From contig CM060731.1 in assembly GCA_030704615.1 (NCBI GenBank), positions 67,208,001-67,272,000 on the forward strand: DNA of 64,000 bases, in the 5' to 3' direction. This stretch comes from Takakia lepidozioides. Lineage: Eukaryota; Plantae; Bryophyta. This document shows, in pieces, positions 25,753-36,609 of the stretch (the stretch's first letter is position 1; each line of letters opens with the position of its first letter). Below the pieces are notes generated by a model that did no database searches, was not told where the DNA came from, and worked only from the letters and a program-made list of their open reading frames with translations. The position numbers and the translations under genes are program-made.

Positions 25753-27760
25753 CAACAACAACACCATTGATACCCAAATGATTAGATGACACATATGAGG
25801 ATATGTCTAAGTGCATACTCAAAACTGTAAAAGTGGTTCGGAAGACATTAGTTCACATTATACAATGTCAACTAAAATCTCCCGTCGCACTTTATGTGTC
25901 TTGCCATGCACATAGAGTATGATAATTCCTATATGTGGTGGCATGGTCACTCTTATGTATGATGGGCGGAGGTGTTCAGTGTGGACACAATAGTATACAA
26001 TAGTATCCAAATATCAATCCAAAAGTCCAGGGCAGTTTGAAATATTACTTGTCGTCAACATCACTTAAGTTGTTCATCGACTATGTCGACCACTGTTTCA
26101 GATTAGACAGTGAAAATGTGATGTCCAAGAATGGTTTAAAAGAGCGCGCGCGATCGCGCATGCTTCATTCAGTGCAAGTCGTCACCTACAGAAGCACTAT
26201 CGAGCAGTAGCTAATACCAAACTGTACGGGGTCGAAGAAATCATTCATTAGTAGGACAATAAACTCAGAGTTTTCAATTAAAAGGATTATGCAATTATTG
26301 AACCTTGCGCAATCGAACGAATTTGACTCCGTAGTTTACTGCATTGGATGAGAAATTGAAGATGTGATGCGAAAGAATGCCCTGATGAAGCAACGCGCGA
26401 TCGTGCGTGCTTCATTTGGTTGGTACTTGTATTCTAGCGACCAACAACAACACCATTGATACCCAGATGATTAGATGACACGTATGAGGATATGTCTGAG
26501 TGCATACAAAACTGTAAAGTGTTTCGGAAGACATTAGTTCACATTACACAATGTCAACTAAAATCTTCCGTCGCACTTTATGTGTCTTGCCATGCACACA
26601 GAGTATGATAATTCCTATATGTGGTGGCATGGTCACTCTTATGTATGATGGGCGGAGGTGTTCAGTGTGGACACAATAGTATCCAAATATCAATCCAAAA
26701 GTCTAGGGCAGTTTGAAATATTACTTGTCGTCAACATCGCTTAGGTTGTTCATCGACTATGTCGACCACTGTTTTAGATTAGATAGTGAAGATGTGATGT
26801 CCAAGAATGGTTTAAAGAAGCGCGCGCGATCGCGCGTGCTTCATTCAGTGCAAGTCGTCACCTATAGAAACACTATCGAACAGTAGCTAATACCAAACTG
26901 TACGGGGTCGAAGAAATCATTCATTAGTAGGACAATAAACTCAGTGTTTTCAATTAAAATGATTATGCAATTATTGAACCTTGCGCAATCGAACGAATTT
27001 GACTCTGTAGTTTACTGCATTGGATGAGAAATTGAAGATGTGATGCGAAAGAATGCCCTGAAGAAGCACGCGCGATCGCGCGTGCTTCATTTGGTTGGTA
27101 CTTGTATTCTAGCGACCAACAACAACACCATTGATACCCAGATGATTAGATGACACGTATGAGGATATGTCTGAGTGCATACTCAAAACAGTAAAGTGTT
27201 TCGGAAGACATTAGTTCACATTATACAATATCAACTAAAATCTTCCGTCGCACTTTATCTGCCTTGTCATGCACACAAAGTATGATAATTCCTATATGTG
27301 GTGGCATGGTCACTCTTATGTATGATGGGCAGAGGTGTTCAGTGTGGACACAATAGTATCTAAATATCAATCCAAAAGTCCAGGGCAGTTTGAAATATTA
27401 CTTGTCGTCAACATCACTTAGGTTGTTCATCGACTATGTCGACCACTGTTTCAGAATAGATAATGAAGATATGATGTCCAAGAATGGTTTAAAGAAGCGC
27501 GCGCGATCGCGCGTGCTTCATTCAGTGCAAGTCGTCACCTACAGAAGCACTATCGAACAGTAGCTAATACCAAACTGTACGGGGTCGAAGAAATCATTCA
27601 TTAGTAGGACAATAAACTCAGTGTTTTCAATTAAAATGATTATGCAATTATTGAACCTTACGCAATCGAACGAATTTGATTCCGTAGTTTACTGCATTGG
27701 ATGAGGAATTGAAGATGTGATGCGAAAGAATGCCCTGAAGAAGCACGCGCAATAGCGCGA
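25753..27760. repeat. Tandem repeat, ~3 units of ~675-690 bp
   Basis: Units start caacaacaacaccattgataccc at 25753, 26442 and 27117; each unit has two gaagatgtgatg..aagaatg + palindrome sub-repeats. Confidence 0.95.
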
Positions 27761-28134
27761 ATTTGACTTCTTCGTTTTAGTCTTATTCTAAATATAAATA
27801 AAAACGACTCCCAACTAGATAACCCTCAATGTTCTCAATGTACTTTAATAGTCCTTCCGGTTGACTTCTCGGAAATTAGTTCTTCTGTGCCTCAACTCAA
27901 TAACGCGCGATCGCACGTGGTTCTGATGTTCCTATAGCTCAGAAGAATTTTCTTGGGATAATATATGTCAGGATACTCTTATATGACTGAAAAAACAAAG
28001 TCATGTATATGGATTCTGTTCGCCATGCTTAGCAACCTCGTTGTTGCTTACAATCGGATTTTACGTTATTGGAGGGAAAATTGTGGACCAAATACACACG
28101 ATCGCGCGTTCTTTGCGTGTCTCTTTCTGTATAG

Positions 28135-28764
28135 TCTGTAACTGAGCACGAGTTCTTGATGATTCTTCCAGTGTGGTGGATTCGTGTTCGATGAAGGAGG
28201 AGAAGGAGATGGAACATACCGGACACAAGGCAACGCTTTCACCCTCCTCACAAGGTGAATGCAGAGTTGCGGTTATTATGACGGGACCTTCCGAAGGAGT
28301 TCGTGTTATATCATCTCCAGTTTCTACAATTCCATCCACAGAGGAGCCTGACACCTAATCCCCTGAATCAGACGATCAAGACTTATTCACCAATAGGATA
28401 TTTTTGCGACGTTCCTCCCAGGTCAGCAGCTTTAAGTTCTTTTCTAGAACAATATTGTGGAGGGTCTTCCGGAGATCCTGTAGCTGAAGTATCGACGGAA
28501 TCAAATGATTTCTGCGCTATGTACCCTGCGTATACGCCAGATACCCAAGATTATATACCCGGATCCCCGGAGTATACTCCCATATCACCAGAATACACTC
28601 CCTCAACCCCAGAGTACACTCTGACATCCCCAAAGTATACACCCTCATCGCTAGGGTATACTCCGGGATCCCCAAAATACTCACCAATATGATACTTTAG
28701 CCACCTCAGACCCGGGTCGGCTGCATTGGCCTCATTTTTGGCACAATACACACATACGTCAACT
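28135..28764 (+). pseudogene. Exon encoding RNA Pol II CTD-like heptad repeats
   Basis: 28531-28689 reads YTPDTQD YIPGSPE YTPISPE YTPSTPE YTLTSPK YTPSSLG YTPGSPK YSPI, flanked by a duplicated YSPIGYF...SAAL.SFL.QY block; TGA at 28690 replaces GGA; donor GTAAGT at 28765. Confidence 0.75.
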
Positions 28765-29355
28765 GTAAGTTTCGACCTTTCGAAATCATCAGAAATGGAA
28801 AGATTATTCACCGGCACACCGGAGTGTATTTGAACCAGTTCAGAATCTCCATGTGGTTCCACCGAATACCCACAATAATCAGTAGGATCAGTTTCTGGGT
28901 ACCCGAGAAGTTTTCAAGAGATTCACTGGGGGTGTCCTGAATCACCATGATATAGTCCTTCATCTCAGTTTTAGGCAGACCTATATGACAGTACATTTAA
29001 ACACCAACGATGTCTCCGTTTTCGTTCTTCACTGTTGAATAATAAAGTATTCTTCATGATTTTTGAAACCAATTAAATGATCTGCACCTTTTGAGATTTC
29101 CAGTTTAATTGTGACTTTGATTTATTCCATTCCATTTATTCCATATTGCAGTCACAATTGAATGTTCCCTATTCCAGCTTAATTGTAAGTTAGTTTCTTT
29201 CAATTCCATTTCTTCCAAGTGGGATTCCCATTTGTATATTGGCCTGATATCCGTAACATTATGATTTGTTTCAAACTTCGGCCTTTCCTCTCAATCCTGA
29301 AATAATGCCATGAGATATCTAATCCAGATAACATAATGTTGTGTTTCATGTTCAG

Positions 29356-32330
29356 TGGTCAATCAAACATATCGGCGGATTGCCTGGTTGGCGTATACAA
29401 GGAGGATGTACCTCCTGATGTACCTCCTGACCACCAACTGAAGTTTTCCTTCAAGATTTGGAGTGGAGGTGAAGGAGCTTAATTATGGCTACGTTAAAGA
29501 TGTTGAGATGGAGTCGGACGTGGAGAGTCCAATGATGGTGGTTTTCATCTTGGAGGATGGTAGAGCGAAAAAGACGTTTGACTTTTCTCTGGAATCTCGT
29601 CGCGTTCGCAAGGCAATGATGAAACCGGTTGTAAAGATGGGATTCACTTTCCCTGAAGGTGGTGCAGCCTTGACTGCTCAGGGATTCGTACGAGCTTGGA
29701 GCATTTTCCAAGATGTACTCCATGCGCAGGGAAACATCAACAGAAAACAACGAGACGATGCGACAGCGAAGGGGGCAAAGGGTAAAGGTAAACGGAAGTC
29801 AACGGCGAGATCCTCTCAAACTGAGAATGAGGAGGAGCAGCCGATGCATTGACGACTTGTTTCTAAGAGATGCATAGCATGATAAGCAAGCACGCACGAT
29901 CGCGCGTGCTCCTTTCTAGTTCAATTCCATGCCGATGTAACATTTTCCAAATCAGGAACTCGTGGAGGAGATTACTGACCGGGAGCAGAGGGACTACTAC
30001 ACCGAATGGCCATCAATTATCCTCTGGTCAGATAGTAATATTCGATTGCTGAAGATTTCTAAGCTCCTGAACGACCCAAATAAAGCCCAAAAATTCGACA
30101 CAACCTTCCCGGAGAAAGTTGCTCACGCCATGATGTACTATGAGTTGAGGGGGAAGCCCAAGAAATTCAACGATAATGTTTCCAAATCTGAAACCGTTCA
30201 GTGGAAGGTAATTATTCAGACTTCTTTTATTGTTTAATGTTTTGTTGTACATTCACTAGAACTGTGTGTCCCTGTTGTGTGTTGGCCTGACATGCTGTTC
30301 CTGTTGACCAGGAATTTCTACAAGCCTCACAACTTATATTGGAGATGCTTTGCGTTAAGGAGGCCATGACCTTGGTCCTTTGCGATGACGATGTTTGGGA
30401 GAAGTGGCAGGAGGTTTTCAAAGAGTGGGAGAAGGGAAACCTCCTGGACATTAACGAAAAGAAGCAGAAGGGTGTACAATCGCAGCTCACAAAATCTACA
30501 GTCTGCAAACTCCAAGGATTGAACCCCCTTCAAATGAAAAAGGTTGAGCAAAAGATTTTGGACTTGAAGATCTGTGTTCGTGGTCCTTACAAAGGAAAAG
30601 ACCCTAAGATTCTTTGCCTGTCCAATTACATCGATCGAATAAAGGACTGGCGGTTTATAATCGATGATGTCATGGAGGTATTGGGATTTGATGCTAGGAG
30701 CAAGCAACATCCAGAGCCGTATACAAAAGCACAATAGCTCGAAGTGAAGAAAATGTACAAGTTCAACAAGTCGGAGTTCGAGACATTCCGATCGAAACTG
30801 GGGGCCAAATACATTAAAAGCAAAGGGCCGCGACATTAAACTTTGCCTTAGTGGAAGTGACATTAGCCGCCTTCAACACGTCTTTCAACGTGCTTTCATC
30901 AAATACATGCTTTCATGTAAGAAAAGGGTTGAAGACATGGAGACGGAAATGGGCAACCTCAAGGATACCTTACCAGTGCATAGGAGGGAAGCGGAGGTTC
31001 ACGGATGCCAAAACACAGTTGAAAATTGTGAGAAAGAGAGATTTTGATAACATCGCAATGGTGTTCGTCAACACAGTCTGTGACGATGACTCAACTGTTT
31101 TTATGCAATGAAATTACAACAATATTTTCGATGCGTTCTTCGAACAACAGCTGAGCCCTAATGCATTTGCCTTCTTCTCGACACAGATGTCTTCTTCCAA
31201 TCTGGTTTCGTACATAAGGTTTGGCGAGGGGCGGGACAAGTATATTATGCTTCAGGGGTTGTATCTTCCTGGAGAGTTCGACAATCCTTACATGAGCTGG
31301 GCAAAGTCATTTTCAAGGCCACTCATGTGCCTTGATTACGTATTTCCTGCTACAGCTGCCCAGATTGAGAACCACGAGGAGCACTTGCAGGGAGTGCTGA
31401 TGTTCAGCCCCATTAAACGAGTGATTAAGGCTCTGGACACTGAGCTCATGGAACACGAGAAAGATTGTGCCGCTTATGAACACGAATTGTGGGCAGAGTC
31501 GAGCGACTACATTGCGTCCTTGTTCTGTGGCGAAGGGATGGCGGCTGTCAATGTTTTTGGAGGCGTAATGTTAACATCGGCTCTCCACGTAAGCAATTCC
31601 ATTTCCATATCCAATTCGATTTCCTTTTCCATTTCCATTTCCGAAACACATCTTTGGAACCTCGCGCGATCACGCGTTCATTCTATTTACTCAATGGTTG
31701 GCATTTTTTGTAGGCTAGGAACGTCCGAGTCCTTGATATAAACCACAACCTGAAAAAGAAATTATGCGCGAATAAGGTTGCCGCTAACTACACACTCCTC
31801 CACACGGAGAATGAGGACGGAACCGAGGTTGGTGATGACACATTGGGAGGGCAGGAGACCCACATGCACAATGGCGAAGGAAATGACGACGACGACGACG
31901 ATGACGGACAAAGAGATCTAAAGACAGAGCAAAACCAGGAAGAAGGTGACGGAAACGAAACGTTGGACAAAAAAAAGAACTTGAGGGAGGTGAGGAAGAC
32001 AAGGGCAACTACCAAACACGATGATGTCGTCAACAATTTATTGCAAGATGAGACAAAACAAATTGAGCAAGGCAGAAATCCACCAGCTGAACAAGTAGGG
32101 AGGGTAGTACCAGAAGAAAGCCACCATCCACAGGCCCTGACAAATACTGGTGAATGAGACAATCCCGAGACAATTGTGCTGTCTTCCTCCATTGAAGAAG
32201 TGGGGGGAGACAATGTAAAGGATAACGCTGATTCTAGAGACGTCTTCGATAAGGAGATTTCAGAAATAGACTCAGGGGTAGGATTCAGTCCTGTGGAGGG
32301 GGATATGCCATTACGGATGTCACCATATCA
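29356..32330 (+). pseudogene. Multi-exon decayed gene, tentatively ParB-like plus degenerate beta-class N6/N4 DNA methyltransferase fold plus acidic tail
   Basis: Co-linear ORFs linked by GT-AG introns (e.g. 30208-30311, 31589-31713) and in-frame stops; motifs WPSIILWSDSNIRLLKISKLLN..TTFPEKV, DNIAMVFVNT, FFEQQLSPNAFAFF, YIASLFCGEGMAAVNVFGG. Confidence 0.45.
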
Positions 32331-32916
32331 AGGTTTAAGCCAACGAGTTAGAGACATCGTTGATGGTCAGACATGTAGGGCATTGGTCGGCGATCAAAAC
32401 TTTGTTGATGTGAGTATTGCAGATTATGAGCTGTCCTGACACTTGTAAAACCCAATTTACAAACTTGATATAATATCAGAATCTTTTACCAATGGAACTA
32501 ATAACCTATTGCTCTGTGATAGTCTCATAAATCAATCGAAATTTATACGGAAGTCTAATCACCCGCATTTTCTGTAGATCCATGAGTCCAATACGGAGGA
32601 AGTGACACATATCAGAACAAACGACACACAACAGCGTACAATGAAGAAACAATACGACTTGAGAGTGAGGATATCGTCGCCCAAGGTGACAGCTTCAAAA
32701 ACCGCGGGCGATCGCGTGAGGTTACTTATGGGAGGGGTCGACAAAAACATACCAGATGGCGAAAGACCCATCGCCGGGGGAATTGGCGGCGAAACCTCAT
32801 CCGGCTTGGAGCAAGTGCCGCCAAAGCTGATAGTTCATTCTCCGCCTTCTGCTTTCCTTTCTGTATTCCATTGCGAAAAACTTCCAATGAATTAATAATT
32901 ATTTCCTAATGGGCAG

Positions 32917-33744
32917 GATGATATGATCTATCCACCATACGACTATTCCCAAGCTGTCAATTCCGTGGATTTCTTTGCTCTTCCAATGGGTCCAAATGGA
33001 TGTCAGCCCGGATATTATGTCCTGGTTCTGGATGTCGGGTTCATATGTGAGGTATACCTCCAGAATGGGCCAAAAACCCCTCCCGCAATGCAGCCTTGTG
33101 TCTCCGCTGGAAGATTTAAGTTAGCAATGCGACATGAGGTGGGAGACTTCCTCAAATGGGTCATCAAGAAGTTTTGGGTCATCTTATGGAACACTGGCAA
33201 AGAAGAGATTGTCGTGGATTTCAAATCACTCTTGTTCGGGAGGAACGCCCACAAGGTGATGCATTACAGTTCCGACCAATGTGTGGAACATAGACTTACT
33301 TTCAACACATATTGGCATACGCTACCTAAGGCCCCAATCTACTTCAAACAACTTTACGACTTGTTCGTAGACCCCGACTGTAAAGCCTATAGGTCTAACA
33401 CCCTGCTTATCGACGTCGTTGGGAACATGTACAAGTCTTTCCTCAATCCTCTGAGCTTGGTCATCTTCCTACCTAAATACGAAGCACTTGTAGATCCATA
33501 CAAGGATGATTTTTTGATGGGTCATCTGAAGCCCCACCTGGAGAAGTTGAGGCATTAAAAAATGGACACTTGGGCCTTCAATGAGCAGAACCCTTTTGGA
33601 ATACCTAAGGATATCTACTTTCAGGATGCTAGAGTGAAATTCATTAATTGCTGGGACTTTCCATGGCCTAAGAACAAAGAGGAATGGGATGCACATCTAA
33701 AGTACCTAGAGGCCCTGGAAATGGAACATGGGATATTAAAGTGA
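32917..33744 (+). pseudogene. Divergent NIF/FCP1-like phosphatase domain
   Basis: VLVLDVG, MRHEVGDFLKWVIKKFWVILWNT, SDQC, YFKQL, NTLLID, YKSFLNP; in-frame stop at 33556. Confidence 0.7.
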
Positions 33745-35236
33745 CTAGTTTTGAGAATGAATTGGGATTCTGAGGTCATTGAGTTCCTTATCTGTTCATA
33801 TGATTCTTCTTTTATTGATTTACTTAAGTGTCTTTATCACTCCTTCACAGATCCAACAGCCTAGATCTCCACCTGTGAGGGGACCCCGCTTGATAATTTT
33901 GACGTTAATGGAGTGCTATGCAAAATACGAAGCGCCAAAGCCCAGGACCTGCTCCACGTTTTTCGGAATCTGATTACATCATTCCTGCTATTGTTGGGTA
34001 TCGGCAAATCTTTAGACGGAAGATGTATCAGGAATCGTCTGATATTGTTGACGATGTAGAAATGATCAAGCCAGAAGCTTTCCAAGGACCTGACAACTTG
34101 TTGTCTACTCAGGCATCTATTGCTGTTATGGAGAGTGATCCCATCAGTGTTTCAGATGTTGTTTCGAGGCTCAAAATATCAAAAGGTGAATCCACCGTTA
34201 GCAGGGTCGATGATTTAACTGGGGTTGGCTACATAGTGGAAAGCGACTCTCAATATCTTGGGGAATTATCTTTGGAGCCGTCCTTATCCCAACACTTTCC
34301 ACCAGACGCCGTCACGGGGCATCTACAAGAGTCTACCGAACAATTGGTTGCAACTATCGCTGAACTGCCTCCTCATTATGTCGTAATTCCAAGTGGGTCA
34401 CCGGATCACAAGGGCTGGACACCTCAGCTGCTGAGAAGTCAGGTGATTTAATTCCATTTCATCCATGCGTTTTATTGTTACCGTGTTTCTGTTTATCCTC
34501 TAATTTTCTCTCTTTACTCCAGGCCAGAAAATCTGCAACGTATGACCTTCCTGTGAAGCAACAACTTATGTGGGGTTGTATTCCAAGGTAATATATATAT
34601 TTTTTCCGTTTGAATTCGGTTCAGGATGTGCAGAAAGAAAGAAACCGAATTCCATTGCCAACCGTCAGCGATAAGGTTATTGAACTCACTCATTCGCCGA
34701 CTGAGGTCAGCACACCGACAAGACCGGCATATATTTCTGCATATCCCCAACCCCCTAGAATTCCAGATGGTCCTGTGTCAAGGAAACGTTACAAATCACA
34801 GCAGTCAGCGGCGGTCGTGTCCGATGATGAAAAAACAACATCTGGCGTTCTGTTATTCCTTCAACATTCACCTGCCTCCAGTGGTAACCCGTCTCAGAAT
34901 CGAAGGATAAATCTAGCAAAGGTAATAAGTATCTCCTTCACTTGGTCCTCTGTCTTATTGGTTCTGGCTTCCTAGTAATCATTACATATATCATTTACAT
35001 TGTCGACACAACTTTACACAAAATAACCTCGCGCGATTGCACGTGGTTGCAGGAAACTCAGAGATTCCCGATTGTGATTTTTTGTCTCAAGTCTCAATTG
35101 GGTGTCGTAATGCTGAAAATATTACCTTCGCAAAATATTCCATTTGAAAATCAGGGTATAGAAACTAGGTAAACCACAAAACGCAAGTATGTCGTGGCAT
35201 TTTTTGAGTTGCAAAATGTATTGAAATACCTAATTT

Positions 35237-36395
35237 TTGGGTCAGATAACAGAAACTAATGGGCTCTTTTGGATGGTTCAGAACGTTGTTACTCAAGAAA
35301 TGTGTGGTGTCCGGAAACACAAACGCATGTTGCTGGTATTGAGTGTCAATGGACTTCTTTGCTACAGGCCACCTCCTACCGGAAGTGAGTTGTTTAAACA
35401 GAGGTTCCACTTGAGGAAAGTAACAATTCGGGTGCCCGCAAGATCATTTGTGGTTCCAAGACATGGAGTGCTGGAGTTTCTTCGACTTGCATTGACTCAT
35501 TTTCATGTAGCGATTTGGTCTTGCTCTGAGAGGGATAATGTATTCAAGATGTTGGAGTGTTTCGTTCCTCCGGAAATTATGAAACAATTTTGTTTCATAT
35601 GGTCTGCCAAGCATTGCACAGATACAGCTGGACATATTAAGCCTGGAATGAAATATCTTATTAAAGATATTAAGAGTATTCTCGTAATATTAAGTGAGAA
35701 AGAATTTGCTAGGCAGGGGCAAATTCTACTGGTTGACGATGACCCATCCAAGGCACTCCGAAACCCAGTGAATACTGGAGTCTTCCCCATCACATTCAAG
35801 GAATCAAGCAATTTGGAGGATTTGGTTGACCTCACCAAAGCTTTGTGGCCTTTTCTCTCTGGTTTGATTGGAGCCCAGTCCGTTGTTGATTACGTCGGCA
35901 AGAACTCCTGCAAATCTTTCGGCCCTCCGATAGATCGAAATCACGTCTACTGGTCCTGGTTTGGAAGATTTATTGATGCTTCTGTTTGACACCCTCCTCA
36001 AAAAGATCCCGATTATCTGGGTACGTAGTTTAACATTGCCCTATTTTGTGTGTAGTCCATCAGCTTTACTTCAACCTCCATTTGTACTTATACGTATGTT
36101 GACTTCACATGACTTTTGTGAGATCAATGATATTTCAATGATCTTTGTATTTTCTTTAACAATTCCTTTCTGTGCTGCCTCCACACAGTTATATTTCAGT
36201 GTCAAGTTCAGAATCAAATTCGACAGGAGAAGAAAGAGGAACGACAACGTAAGGCTGAGCGGAGGGACCGTGAGGCTTTACGTTTGTCAAGGTCATCAAG
36301 TACAACTACCAGTGCGGTGTCTGGTCATATCTTACATCAATCTCCCACTGTATCCATGTCTCCTTAGGTGCACAGAATTCCGCCATCAGTGGTAA
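35237..36395 (+). CDS. FCP1/SCP/NIF-family phosphatase-like protein, paralogue of 5566-6689
   Basis: LLVLSVNG..PRHGVLEFL..IWSC..ILLVDDDPSKALRNP; about two-thirds identical to the 5.8-6.7 kb copy over the first 119 aa (counted by eye); same intron position after PDYLG. Confidence 0.8.
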
Positions 36396-36609
36396 CCGAC
36401 GGCGATCTCGAACATATACGTTGAGTGTGAGCCGTTTGGGAAGCAACTCTGTGTTATTGATGAATTAAACTATGGCCGACCTATTCATTACACACATACG
36501 TTATTTAACTCTGTCAATGTTATGCCAGATCATTTCGGCTGTAATGTCAGTGATCGAAGTTTGAGAGAAATCACGCGCGATCGCGCGTGGTTCCTTCATA
36601 TATCCTCTT

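Noticed and set aside
25753-27760. CRISPR-like array of palindromic repeats
   Set aside because: The spacers are themselves repeated and hundreds of bp long, there are no cas genes, and the context is eukaryotic.
28303-28692. Fragment of the host RPB1 gene
   Set aside because: The heptads are degenerate (mostly Thr2), few, and not flanked by any RPB1-like sequence.
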